A stretch of DNA of 28,336 nt from a virus (taxonomy: Duplodnaviria; Caudoviricetes): positions 1 through 28,336 of IMG/VR virus record IMGVR_UViG_3300008085_000097; one strand, 5' to 3'. A program made the position numbers and the translations under genes. The notes beneath the pieces are model-generated. The model was not told the origin of the DNA and made no database searches. It saw only the letters and a list, made by a program, of their open reading frames with translations. The first letter of the stretch is position 1; each line of letters opens with the position of its first letter. Shown here one piece after another: positions 15,548 through 25,847 of the stretch.

Positions 15548-17760
15548 CCCGCACCAGCCCCCCACAGGTCGCGTTTTCTTCGGGCGAGATCGACCCGGTT
15601 CTAGCGCGCCGGTTCGATTACCAGCGGTTCCAGACCGGGCTGGCCACCTGTCACGGCTTTCTGCCCCTGCCGCAGGGCGGGTTCACCCGCGCGCCCGGAA
15701 CCATCTTTCGCGGGACCACCCGCAACAACGCCTTTGCGGTGTTCGTGCCGTTCCAGTTTTCGCCGAACGATGCCGTGGTGCTGGAGTTCACGCCCGGGTT
15801 CATGCGCGTCTGGCGCTACGGCGCACTGGTCCTGTCGGGCGGGGTGCCCTATGAGCTTGCGACCCCCTACGGCGCCGACGATCTGCCGCGCCTGCGGTTC
15901 GTCCAGTCCGCCGATGTGATCCGCATGGTGGACGGCGCACATCCGATGCAGCGCCTGGCCCGCCTTGCACTAAACAACTGGACCATCGGCGCGCAGGTGT
16001 TCGATACCGGCCCGTTCCGCGTGCAGAACCTGACCGAAAGCCACACCGTCCAGGCCAGCGCCGCCACCGGCACGGTCACGCTGACCGCATCCTCGGCCCT
16101 GTTCACCGCCGCCCATGTTGGCAGCCTGATGCAACTGCGCCCGACCGACACCACCACCGTTGCCCTCTGGGAACAATCCACGGCCGTTTCGGTGGGTGAC
16201 CTGCGCCAGTACAGCGGCAACATCTACGAGCTGGTCGCGGGCACGAACACCGGTGACACGCCCCCGATCCATACGGACGGAACCGAACGAACCGACAATG
16301 TGCCGACGAAATGGCGGTTCGTGACCGATGGTATCGGCATCGTGCGGATCACCGCCGTCGCATCGGGGACAAGCGCCACCGCGACCGTCCTGCGCCAGCT
16401 GCACCCCGGCGTGGTCGCAGCGCCGACCTACCGCTGGGCCGAGGGCGCATGGTCGGATGTGCACGGCTACCCGTCCGCCATCGAGATCGTCGATCAGCGC
16501 CTTGCCGCCGCCGCCACCCCGTCTGAGCCACGCACCGTGTGGTTTTCGGCAATCGGGGATTTCGCCGACTTCGCGCCGGGGATCGAGGCCGACAGCGCCT
16601 TTGCCTATGCCATTGCCGGGCAAAACTCGGTCAACCAGATCCTGCACCTCGCGCGCGGCCGCGCCGGTCTGCACATCTTTGCCCTGGGCGAGGAGCTGAG
16701 CACCCGGTCAGACACGCGCGGTCAGGCCATCGGCCCGACAACCACGCAATTCGGGCTGGACAGCAGCTTCGGGTCATCGACCGCCGTGCCCATCGTGATC
16801 GACGGCAATCCGATCTTCATCACCCGCGACAATGGCCGCGTGATGCAGATCGGCTATGACTTCCAGACCGACAGCAACCGCGCCCGCGCCCTGTCCCTGC
16901 CCGCGCAGCATCTGGGCGCGGAGGGGTTCGCGCAGATCGTCTGGCAGTCCGCACCGCAAGCCACCGCCTGGCTGCGCCGCGCCACGGGCGACATGGCGGC
17001 GCTGGTCTACGAACCTGCCGAGGAGGTGCTGGGCTGGGCCACGCTGACCGTTGCGGGCGGGTTCGTCGATGCGCTGGCCGTGTCGCCCGACGCCACCGGA
17101 TCCAATGACATCGTCTATCTCGCGGTGCTGCGCGCGATCGGGGAAACCGTGGTCCGAACGGTCGAAACCTTTGCGCCGACATTCGGCCTGCTGACCGGCG
17201 CGCAGAGCATCGCGACGGCCGCGCATTACTACTGCGCAGCCGCGTTTGCGCCGACCGAGCCGACCGCAAGCTTTTCCGTGCCGCATCTGGCCGGAGCGAC
17301 GGTGCGCGCCTGGACGGATCTGGGCGACTTCGGCCCGATCGAGGTTCCCGCAGGCGGCGCGATCACCCTGCCCGCCCCGGTATCGCAGGCCGTGATCGGC
17401 CTCTTTGATCCGACGCACCGCGCCCGCACGCTCGACGTGCAGGCGGCGGCGAATGACGGCAACACGATGGGGCGACGCAAGCGACTGCAACCGGGGTCGG
17501 GCGTCGGTCTGCACCGCACAGCGGCGGGGACCATCGCGGCGGTCGAGCGGACGTTCACCCAGCCCGACCGGATCAGCACCGCGCAGCAGCTGGTGGCCGC
17601 CCCAGTCGCGGCGGCGCTGGTCACCGCCTACACCGGCGTGACGCGGATCGAGGTCGCGGGCGGGCAGGCCGAGGAGGTCGCGTGGGAAGTGCGGCCCGTG
17701 GGGGGCGCACCGCTGACCGTGACCGCGATCACGTCCAACATTCAGGAGGCTGGTCGCTGA
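15544..17760 (+). CDS. Tail tubular protein B / nozzle (T7 gp12-like)
   Basis: TTG start overlapping the upstream stop. AFSSGEIDP, PQGGFTRAPGT, VQSADV, GYPSA and TVWFS motifs. Confidence 0.88.
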   Translation: MTRTSPPQVAFSSGEIDPVLARRFDYQRFQTGLATCHGFLPLPQGGFTRAPGTIFRGTTRNNAFAVFVPFQFSPNDAVVLEFTPGFMRVWRYGALVLSGGVPYELATPYGADDLPRLRFVQSADVIRMVDGAHPMQRLARLALNNWTIGAQVFDTGPFRVQNLTESHTVQASAATGTVTLTASSALFTAAHVGSLMQLRPTDTTTVALWEQSTAVSVGDLRQYSGNIYELVAGTNTGDTPPIHTDGTERTDNVPTKWRFVTDGIGIVRITAVASGTSATATVLRQLHPGVVAAPTYRWAEGAWSDVHGYPSAIEIVDQRLAAAATPSEPRTVWFSAIGDFADFAPGIEADSAFAYAIAGQNSVNQILHLARGRAGLHIFALGEELSTRSDTRGQAIGPTTTQFGLDSSFGSSTAVPIVIDGNPIFITRDNGRVMQIGYDFQTDSNRARALSLPAQHLGAEGFAQIVWQSAPQATAWLRRATGDMAALVYEPAEEVLGWATLTVAGGFVDALAVSPDATGSNDIVYLAVLRAIGETVVRTVETFAPTFGLLTGAQSIATAAHYYCAAAFAPTEPTASFSVPHLAGATVRAWTDLGDFGPIEVPAGGAITLPAPVSQAVIGLFDPTHRARTLDVQAAANDGNTMGRRKRLQPGSGVGLHRTAAGTIAAVERTFTQPDRISTAQQLVAAPVAAALVTAYTGVTRIEVAGGQAEEVAWEVRPVGGAPLTVTAITSNIQEAGR

Positions 17761-18296
17761 TGTGTGTTCCTGCGATCATTGGCGCCCTCGGGCTTGGCGG
17801 TGGCGCTGCCGCCGCTGGGGCAGGCGCCGCCGCCGCCACCACGGCAGTGGCGGGTACCGGCCTTGCCACTATCGGCACGGCGATTTCCGTCACGGGTGCC
17901 CTGTTGCAGGGCATCATGGGGATGAACGCGGCCAACGAACAGGCCGCCGCCATCGCCGACCAGCGCGCCACCGAAAGCGCCATCAACGCCACGCAAGACC
18001 AGCGCCGCCGCGCCGCGATGATGTCGGACATCCGCAAACAGACGGCGGAGCTGGCGGCGCGCGGCATCGCGCTCGACAGCGTGACCGCGATCCAGCTGGG
18101 CCAGACCGCCGCGGCCGAAATGTCATTCGACAGCCAGGCGGTGCGCAGCACGGGCGCGGCCCGGTCGCGCGAACTGACGGCATCGGAGCGCGCGGCGCGG
18201 GCACAGGGTGTGTCATCGCTTCTGCGCGGCGGGTTTTCGGCGGCGGGGACGGTCATTTCCGCCGCGCCCGACATCTGGCCGGGGCTGCTGCGATGA
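17760..18296 (+). CDS. Internal virion/ejection protein (T7 gp14-like)
   Basis: CAGGAGG SD. MCVPA start, hydrophobic Gly/Ala N-terminus, coiled middle and AARGIALDS motif. Confidence 0.75.
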   Translation: MCVPAIIGALGLGGGAAAAGAGAAAATTAVAGTGLATIGTAISVTGALLQGIMGMNAANEQAAAIADQRATESAINATQDQRRRAAMMSDIRKQTAELAARGIALDSVTAIQLGQTAAAEMSFDSQAVRSTGAARSRELTASERAARAQGVSSLLRGGFSAAGTVISAAPDIWPGLLR

Positions 18297-20386
18297 GCCT
18301 CACGGTCCCCCGCGCGGGCGAGATTGCGGGCCGCGCCGCCGAAATCCGCGTGGCCACGCCCGACACCGGCGCGATCATTGCCGAGTTTGGCGAAAAGGTG
18401 CTGCGCGTCGGGCAGGAGCGCATCGCCGAGGATCTGCGCCTGCAGGGGATGCGCGCGGAACTGGACATCACCCAAGGGCTGGCCGAGGCGCGCAAGGCGG
18501 TCGAGGCGTCAGGCGATTTCGGCGGCTGGGATGCAGCGGTGGCCGATGTGCGCAAGCGGGTGCTGGAACCGCTGGACATCCGCATCCGCGAACCGCTGGA
18601 CATTCGGGCCGATGATCTGGTGTTCAAGCATGGCGAGGCGCTGGCATCCCGCCGCGCCGCTATCGGTCGCGCGGCCGGAGCGCGCAACGCCGACAGCACC
18701 TGGGCGGAACTGGTTCCCAAGATCGAGATCGAGGGGCTGAACGCAGACCCGGAAACGCTTCAAAAGGTGTTGTCGATTGCCGATGAGGCGCTGGCGGCGC
18801 GGGTCGCGTCCGGCGCGATCAGCCCGGACAAGGCCCGCGACCAGCGCGCAAAACTGCGCGAGAAAATCTTCACCGCGCGGGCGACCGAGGCGCTGGCGGC
18901 CGATCCGGTGGCCTACCTCGCCGATGCCGAGGGCGGCAAGTACAACGATCTTGACATTGGCACGCTGGCGCGCACCCGCGTCGCGGCGAGGTCCGAGATC
19001 GCGCGCCAGGAAGAGGCGGCGCGGCGGGAGGCCGAAGCGGCCGCTACACGCGCAGAGGCCGCGATCGGCCGTCGCCTGGACGAGATCGGCGATCTGATGC
19101 TCGACGGGTTCAAGGTCACCGACGAGGCGCTGCTGGCCGATCCCGCCGTCATGGCCAACCCCGCCTATCCGCGCGCCGCCGCCGCACAGGCCCTGCGCGA
19201 CGAATTGCCGACGCTGAAACTTCTGACCCCCGCCGAGATCGACGCCCAGATCGCGGCGGAACGGGCCAAGCCGAAGTCCTTTAAGTTCCAGACCGAACGT
19301 GTCGGGGCGCTGGAGGAATGGCGCGGGCAGTGGGTGGCAAAGTGGAACTCTGCCCCGCTTGACGTGGCGCGTGAGGCGGGAATGCCGGTGCCCGAGCTTC
19401 CGCCCTATGACCCGGCCAACCCGGATGCCTTTGTCGCCAGCCTGTCCGAACGCCTGGCCTTCGACGCCGCCCTGCGCGGTCAGGGGTACACCGACACCTC
19501 GGCCATCTTCGATGCGGCCGAGAAAACCGCGTTCAAGGCAATCCTTGCGCCCGAGGCGGACCCGGAGGTGAAAACCCGCCTTGCGTTCGATCTGGTGCGC
19601 GGGACACGCCTGCGCCCCGAGCAGGCGCTGACCGATCTGGGTGCCGACCCGGTGTTCCGCCGCGCGGTGCAGTCGATCACCACCACCGGCGGCACCGAAC
19701 TTGCGCGCGAAATGCTGACCGGGCAACAGAAAATCGCCCTCAAGACCGTGACCGTCCCCACGGCCGAGGCCGGGGTGCGCCTGTTCGACGCGACCACGGG
19801 CGGCATCTTTGCCGACGATCCGGCCCGCGCGGCGGGGATCATGGCGGCCGCCACGGCAATCTATGCCAACAGCGAACCAGCACGCATCCTGCCCGACAAT
19901 CCGACCTCCTTCATGGGCAACTCTGCCGCCGTCAAGGCCTACGGCGATGCAGTGCAGCGCGCCCTTGGCGCATCGGCCGACCGCAGTGGCGCGCTGACCA
20001 TCGGCGGCGTCCAGGATGTGCGCGGGGTCAAGCTGTTGCTGCCCCCAGGCCTTCCGCGCGACCGCGTGGTGGCGACCTTTGACGGGATCGAGACAAGCCT
20101 GCGCGCGGCGTCGCGCGAGCGCCGCACCGAACAGTCCGCACTTGCGGCCGGCGCGGCAGTCAGCCGACTGACCGCCGCATCGGTACGCAGTGCCGCACCC
20201 GAACTCGGGACAGTGCCCTACGAGCTGTTCAAAGTGCTGACCCCGCACCGCGTCGGGGAAAGCGACGAATACGAGCTGCACTACACCATCAACGGCCGCA
20301 GCCTGCCGATCCCAGAGGCGAGCGATCCGCTGGGCCGCGCGTGGCGGTTCAGCCTGTCGCGCCTTGTTGCGGGGGGCGCACCGTGA
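18293..20386 (+). CDS. Internal virion/ejection protein (gp15-like position)
   Basis: 697 aa Ala-rich helical protein, ATGA-coupled, canonical position. Confidence 0.7.
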   Translation: MSLTVPRAGEIAGRAAEIRVATPDTGAIIAEFGEKVLRVGQERIAEDLRLQGMRAELDITQGLAEARKAVEASGDFGGWDAAVADVRKRVLEPLDIRIREPLDIRADDLVFKHGEALASRRAAIGRAAGARNADSTWAELVPKIEIEGLNADPETLQKVLSIADEALAARVASGAISPDKARDQRAKLREKIFTARATEALAADPVAYLADAEGGKYNDLDIGTLARTRVAARSEIARQEEAARREAEAAATRAEAAIGRRLDEIGDLMLDGFKVTDEALLADPAVMANPAYPRAAAAQALRDELPTLKLLTPAEIDAQIAAERAKPKSFKFQTERVGALEEWRGQWVAKWNSAPLDVAREAGMPVPELPPYDPANPDAFVASLSERLAFDAALRGQGYTDTSAIFDAAEKTAFKAILAPEADPEVKTRLAFDLVRGTRLRPEQALTDLGADPVFRRAVQSITTTGGTELAREMLTGQQKIALKTVTVPTAEAGVRLFDATTGGIFADDPARAAGIMAAATAIYANSEPARILPDNPTSFMGNSAAVKAYGDAVQRALGASADRSGALTIGGVQDVRGVKLLLPPGLPRDRVVATFDGIETSLRAASRERRTEQSALAAGAAVSRLTAASVRSAAPELGTVPYELFKVLTPHRVGESDEYELHYTINGRSLPIPEASDPLGRAWRFSLSRLVAGGAP

Positions 20387-23319
20387 CCGAGATCGCCACC
20401 GCGCCGCAAATTGGCCTGCCCCCGCCGCCCGATCTGTCGGTCGGCACCTGGGATGTGATCGGCGCGGGCTGGACCGCAGAGACGATCCGCACCGATGCCT
20501 GGGGCTATGCGCGCAAGGTGCGCCGCGAAATCGCCCTCGACCTGCACGCCCGCCTGCCCGACGACGCCCGCGCCCGCATCGCCGAGGCGGGGCTGAAACC
20601 AGGATCGTCGCAATGGGATGCCTGGGAACAGCGCGTGATCGAGGAGGTCGCGCGCGCGTCCGACGCCGATCCGGGCAACTGGGCCGACGCACCGCGCAGC
20701 TACGACGACCTGATCGGCGCGGTGGACAAGCGGCGCAAGGCCGAGCTTGACGAAGCCGAGGGCATCCTTTCCCTGCCAAACGCCAGCGGCCTTGCAGCCT
20801 TTGCCGGGGCGGCCGCGCGTGGCATGACGGACCCGATCAGCATCGCCATGTTGCCCCTTGGCCTTGGCGGATCGGCCGCGCGCATCATTGCGTCGGAGGC
20901 CCTTTTGGGCGCGGCCGGCGAGGCGGCAATCCTGCCGCGCGAATTCGAGGTCGCGCGCGAGCTGGAGCTTGAAAATCCCGATGTCCTTGCCCGCATCGCA
21001 ACCGGCGCGGCCTTGGGCGGTGCGCTGTCAGCCGGTGTCATCGGTGCCTCCCGCGTCGTCCAGCGGATGCGCCTGAAAAAACTCGGCCTCGACACCACAC
21101 TGCCAGATGGCGCCGACCCCGTGACCTTTGCCGCCGAGGTGGCCGCGCAAGAGGCACGATTGCGCGGCGATGCTACCGTGGACGAGGAACTGGCCGTTCC
21201 GCCCCCGATGGGCGACGTTGAGCCCGGCACCCTGACTGCACTTTTGGTGGCGCGCGAGGCCGCCACGGCGCCTATCCCTGCCACGCGCTGGCTTGACGAC
21301 ATCCAGTCCCTGTTGCCCGCGCGCGCGGGTCGCCCTGCAACAGAACTCCTCGATCTGCGAAAAGATCCGCGTGTTGTGGCCGAGCTTGCCGCGCGCACCG
21401 CCGCCGCCGCGCGGGCCGAACTGGAGGCGCGCAACCTTGCGTCCGGCCCGGCGGAACTGCTGCTGGCCGATGCGTTCGGCACCCGTGCGGCGGTCACGGC
21501 GCTGACCGCGCCTCTGGACACCCCCGTGGTGCAGTTCGTGGACCCCGCCGACCTGACCCGGCTGGGCGCGGTGCGGTTCGAGGGGCGCGGTCTCGCGTCG
21601 ATGACGGCGGGCGAGTTGCGCCGCTGGTCCCTATCGGAAATGCGCGGCACGCTGGACCCCGCGGTGTTTCGCGACCGCACGCTGGCCGCTACGCCCACGA
21701 CCCGCAGCTTTACCCGCGACGGGCAGATCATGGCGGGCAACAAGCTGCGCGTCGATGTGGCCTATGAGGTCGTTGAGCTTTCGACCCTGCGCGGCGCCAC
21801 CGGCGACATCCAGCCGCGCGACCGCAGCCTTGCCAATTCTGCCGTGCAGGTGCGCGAAATCGCGGCGGGCCTTGACCCGGCGCAGCTGATGCCCGCCCCC
21901 AACGCCGCCCAGGGCACACCCATCGTCGGGGCCGACAACGTCATCGACAGCGGCAACGGGCGCACCCAGGCGATCGCGCTGGCCTACCGCACGCTGCCCG
22001 ACCGTGCCGCGGCCTACCGCCAGGCGATCGAGGACGCGGGCTTTGCCATCCCCGAGGGCGTGACCGAGCCGGTGCTGATCGCGCGCCGCCTGACCGACCT
22101 TGACCCGGCGCAGCGGGCCGAGTTTGCGGCACTGGCGCAGGATGCCGGTGTCGCCCGGATGCGAAGCGAGGAGATCGCGGCGATCAACCGCCGTGCGATG
22201 ACGCCCGAGGTCATGGCCGCCTATGTGCCCGGCAAGCCGATCATCGATGCGGCCAACAAGCCCTGGCTGACCCGTGTGCTGGCCGCGCTGCCCGCCACCG
22301 AACGCAACGCGATGTTCGACGCCGGTGGCGCGCTGAATGCGGCGGGGCGTGCGATGGTGCGCGAGGCGCTGTTCGCCCGCGCCTGGCCCGATCCCGACAT
22401 CCTGCGCCGGTTCGTCGATGCCGAGCCGGGCGAGCTGCGCGGGCTGATGGACGCGCTCGACCGTGCCGCCCCGGCCATGGCCACCCTGCGCGCCGAGATC
22501 GACGCCGGGCTGGTGCGCCCGGAGTTCGACATTTCCGGCCACGTCCTGGACGCTGCGCGGATGATTGCACTCGCGCGCGACATGGCCGCGCGGGAAAACG
22601 GCGGCGGCATGGCGCAGGTGCTGCGCGAGATGCTGGACGATGTCGATCTGATCGAGGGGCCGGTGGCGCCCCTGACCGCGCGCCTGGTGGGGGTGATGTG
22701 GCGCGGCGGGCGTGCGGCCCCCGCCGACGAGGTCGCGGCCTTCCTGACCCGCTACGCCGACGAGGCGCGCACTGCCGGAAAGACCGGCACCATGTTTCCC
22801 GGCCCGTCCCCGCGCGAGGTGCTGCAGACCATCGCGCCGGATCGGTTCGCCGACCTGCCCGAGCACTTCGGCGCCGTGCGCGGCTTTGCCCGGCCCGAGG
22901 CCGAGGCCCCGTCCGACGCCCCCGCCGCCGCCACCCCCGCCGCGCCCGATCCGGCCGTTGTGCGCGGCTACGACAACGGCGCGGCCAGCCCCGAGGCCGT
23001 CGCGGCCGATGCGGCGCTGGAGGCCGATCTGCGCGGCCCGGATGCGGACGCACCGCCACCCGCCGCCGCCCGCGCGGCAGACACCACACCCGACACCACC
23101 GCCGCCGAGGCCGCCGCCGCCGCCCGGTTCGACGCCCGCCGCGCCGAGGCGGCGCAGCTGCGCGAGCTCGATGCGCTCGCCCGCGATTTTGCCGATGCCG
23201 AGATCGAGATGCCGGACGGCACCAAGGTGACCGCGCGCGACATCCTCGATGACCTGAAAGCCGACACCGACCTTGACGACGTGATCGTAGCCTGCAACCC
23301 GAAAGGTGCCGCCGCATGA
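20383..23319 (+). CDS. Large internal virion protein with degenerate transglycosylase-like and DdrB-like ParB domains
   Basis: GTGA coupling. Membrane-like Gly/Ala helices, then YEVVEL...IQPRDRS...LDPAQL...GTPIVGADNVIDSGNGR, the ddrB-ParB signature. Confidence 0.8.
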   Translation: MTEIATAPQIGLPPPPDLSVGTWDVIGAGWTAETIRTDAWGYARKVRREIALDLHARLPDDARARIAEAGLKPGSSQWDAWEQRVIEEVARASDADPGNWADAPRSYDDLIGAVDKRRKAELDEAEGILSLPNASGLAAFAGAAARGMTDPISIAMLPLGLGGSAARIIASEALLGAAGEAAILPREFEVARELELENPDVLARIATGAALGGALSAGVIGASRVVQRMRLKKLGLDTTLPDGADPVTFAAEVAAQEARLRGDATVDEELAVPPPMGDVEPGTLTALLVAREAATAPIPATRWLDDIQSLLPARAGRPATELLDLRKDPRVVAELAARTAAAARAELEARNLASGPAELLLADAFGTRAAVTALTAPLDTPVVQFVDPADLTRLGAVRFEGRGLASMTAGELRRWSLSEMRGTLDPAVFRDRTLAATPTTRSFTRDGQIMAGNKLRVDVAYEVVELSTLRGATGDIQPRDRSLANSAVQVREIAAGLDPAQLMPAPNAAQGTPIVGADNVIDSGNGRTQAIALAYRTLPDRAAAYRQAIEDAGFAIPEGVTEPVLIARRLTDLDPAQRAEFAALAQDAGVARMRSEEIAAINRRAMTPEVMAAYVPGKPIIDAANKPWLTRVLAALPATERNAMFDAGGALNAAGRAMVREALFARAWPDPDILRRFVDAEPGELRGLMDALDRAAPAMATLRAEIDAGLVRPEFDISGHVLDAARMIALARDMAARENGGGMAQVLREMLDDVDLIEGPVAPLTARLVGVMWRGGRAAPADEVAAFLTRYADEARTAGKTGTMFPGPSPREVLQTIAPDRFADLPEHFGAVRGFARPEAEAPSDAPAAATPAAPDPAVVRGYDNGAASPEAVAADAALEADLRGPDADAPPPAAARAADTTPDTTAAEAAAAARFDARRAEAAQLRELDALARDFADAEIEMPDGTKVTARDILDDLKADTDLDDVIVACNPKGAAA

Positions 23320-25847
23320 GCAACATGGCCGACTGCATTGCCCGCGCGGTGGACTTTGGCGCGGTGGACCGGGCGCGCGGCGTGGCCGCGACCAATGTCT
23401 ACCAGCAGCTTTACGACCGCTACCGCACCACCATGCCGGACGCCGCGGCCGCGGCCGCCGCGACGAAAGACCTGAAGGAGGCGACGAAGGCCGCCAAGAC
23501 CCGGCGCTACCATGCCGTGCTGAACCAGCTGCAGGCGATGCGCCGCATTCAGGGCCTGATCGAGGCGTCGCCCGATCCCGCGCTCGCGATCCGCAACCTT
23601 CTGGAGTTCAGCGAGGGGTCGGGCTTTACCGGCGAGAGCGTAGAAACGCTGACCCGTGCGTTCAATGCCTCGATCCGCGCGGACATCAAGGAGGTGCTGG
23701 ACGATGTCGGGCTGAACGTGGTCGGTCAGTCGCGCGACAAGGCGCGCCTTGGCAACGTGATCCGCGAGTTGCATGGCGACGACACCGGCGACGGGCGGGC
23801 CAAGCATCTGGCCGCCGCGATCCGCAAGGCGCAGCAGCGGATGCGCCGCCTGTTCAACGCCCATGGCGGCGACATCGGCGATCTGGCCGATTACGGGATG
23901 CCACATGCCCATGACGCGGGCCGGATCATGCGCGCGGGCTTCGACGGCTGGGCCAGGGCGATCGAGGGGCGGCTTGCCTGGCACCGCATCCCCGACCTGA
24001 CCACCGGCAAGCCCTTTGCCGCCGCCCCCGGCACCGTGCCGCCGCGCGCGGTGACCGAACGGTTTCTGCGCGATGTGTACGACGGGATCGTGACGCGCGG
24101 CTGGGATGACCGGGATCCCAGCATGTCGGTCGGGGGCCGCGCGATTTACAACCAGCGGGCCGATCACCGGGTGCTGCACTTTGCCACCGGACAGGACTGG
24201 ATCGAGTACAACAAGACCTTCGGATCGTCGGACCCGTTCAGCGCGATGATCGGCGGGCTGAACGGCCTCGCGCGCGATGTGGCGCTGATGCGCGTGTTGG
24301 GGCCGAACCCCCGCACCGGCCTGAACTTTGCGATCCAGGTGGCGCAGAAACGCGCGGCGGCGGGTGTTCTGGCCGCGCGCACGCCGCAGGAAACCAAAGC
24401 GGCGGCAAAGCTGGCCGAACGGGTGGTGCGCACGGGCAAGCTCGCGGGTGCCATACTGTCGCATCTGAACGGATCGGCCAACATCCCCGACCACGCAGGC
24501 TGGGCCGCGTTCTTTTCCGGCACGCGCGCCGTGCTGACATCGGCGCAGTTGGGGTCGGCCGTGCTGTCCTCCACATCCGACCTTGCGACGATGCAGATGG
24601 CCGCCCAGGCGGTGGGTATGTCGGGCAGCCATGTCATCGCCCGGTCGGTGCAGCTGATGGCTAGCCAGGCCACGCGCGAGACGGCGGCGCGCATGGGCTA
24701 TGTCGCCAACACGCTGGCCGATGCCGGCGGCGGCGCATCGCGCTATTTCGGCGAGACATTCGCGACCGGCCTGCCCGACCGCCTCGCGTCCTTTACCCTG
24801 CGCGCAACCGGCCTCACGTTCCTGACTGACATGCGGCGCATGGCGTTCCAGATGGAGTTTTCGGGCTTCATGGCCGACAACGCCGACCGCGCCTTTGGCC
24901 AGATCGACGCGCCGCTGCGCCGCAACTTTCAGGAACGCGGGATCAGCCCCGCCGACTGGGATCTGCTGCGCGATCCGTCCGTGCGCTTCAAGGCCGACAC
25001 CGGCGCGGATTTCATTTCGCCGATGTACTGGCTCGAGGCGCAGACCACGATGCCGCGGGTCGAGGCAGAGGGCCTTGCCATGCGACTGCAGATGGCGATC
25101 GAGGAGCAGCTGGAATACGCGATGCCCACCGCCAAGGTCGAGGGGCGCGCGCGGCTGCAGGGCGAGGCGCCGCCGGGATCGTTCCTGGGCGAGCTGGCGC
25201 GATCGGCCATGTCCTACAAATCCTTTTCCCTGTCGCTGACCATGGGCCAGTACCGCCGCTACATGGCGATCCCCACGCCGATAGGGAAGGCAAAATACGC
25301 CGCGTCAATGTCTGCCCTGCTGATCGTAACCGGGGCCATGGCGGTCCAGTTGAAGGAACTTGCCAAGGGCAACGACCCGCGCCCGATGACGGATGGCAAG
25401 TTCTTGATGGCCGCGTTGTTCCAGGGCGGTGGCCTGGGGATCTTTGGCGATTTCTTCTGGGCCGAAACCTCGCGCGTCGGGGGCGGCATCGCCGAAACCA
25501 TCGCCGGGCCGGTGGTGGGCCTTGGCAGTGACCTGATCAAACCCGTCGCCAGCAACATCACCCGCGCGATCAACGGCGAGGACACGCTGGTCGGCCGCGA
25601 CGTGGCCGGGCTGGTGCGCCGCTACACCCCCTTCGCCTCTTCCGGCTGGCCAGTGCGCGTGGCCTATTCGCGCCTGGTGGCGGACGAGCTGCAGGCGTTC
25701 CTCGACCCCGAGGCGGAGGTGCTGATGCGCCGCCGGTTGCGCCAGCAAGCCAAGGACTACGGCACGCAGCCCTTTGTGCCCTCGCGCGGGTCCGGTGACA
25801 GCTTCCGCGCCCCCGACCTTTCCAACGCCTTCAGGAGCACGCCATGA
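23316..25847 (+). CDS. Large internal virion/ejection protein
   Basis: 843 aa with YGMPHAHD, LGPNP and QLKELAKGNDPRPM...ALFQGGGLGIFGDF, typical of the last ejection protein of BPP-1-like podoviruses. Confidence 0.8.
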   Translation: MSNMADCIARAVDFGAVDRARGVAATNVYQQLYDRYRTTMPDAAAAAAATKDLKEATKAAKTRRYHAVLNQLQAMRRIQGLIEASPDPALAIRNLLEFSEGSGFTGESVETLTRAFNASIRADIKEVLDDVGLNVVGQSRDKARLGNVIRELHGDDTGDGRAKHLAAAIRKAQQRMRRLFNAHGGDIGDLADYGMPHAHDAGRIMRAGFDGWARAIEGRLAWHRIPDLTTGKPFAAAPGTVPPRAVTERFLRDVYDGIVTRGWDDRDPSMSVGGRAIYNQRADHRVLHFATGQDWIEYNKTFGSSDPFSAMIGGLNGLARDVALMRVLGPNPRTGLNFAIQVAQKRAAAGVLAARTPQETKAAAKLAERVVRTGKLAGAILSHLNGSANIPDHAGWAAFFSGTRAVLTSAQLGSAVLSSTSDLATMQMAAQAVGMSGSHVIARSVQLMASQATRETAARMGYVANTLADAGGGASRYFGETFATGLPDRLASFTLRATGLTFLTDMRRMAFQMEFSGFMADNADRAFGQIDAPLRRNFQERGISPADWDLLRDPSVRFKADTGADFISPMYWLEAQTTMPRVEAEGLAMRLQMAIEEQLEYAMPTAKVEGRARLQGEAPPGSFLGELARSAMSYKSFSLSLTMGQYRRYMAIPTPIGKAKYAASMSALLIVTGAMAVQLKELAKGNDPRPMTDGKFLMAALFQGGGLGIFGDFFWAETSRVGGGIAETIAGPVVGLGSDLIKPVASNITRAINGEDTLVGRDVAGLVRRYTPFASSGWPVRVAYSRLVADELQAFLDPEAEVLMRRRLRQQAKDYGTQPFVPSRGSGDSFRAPDLSNAFRSTP

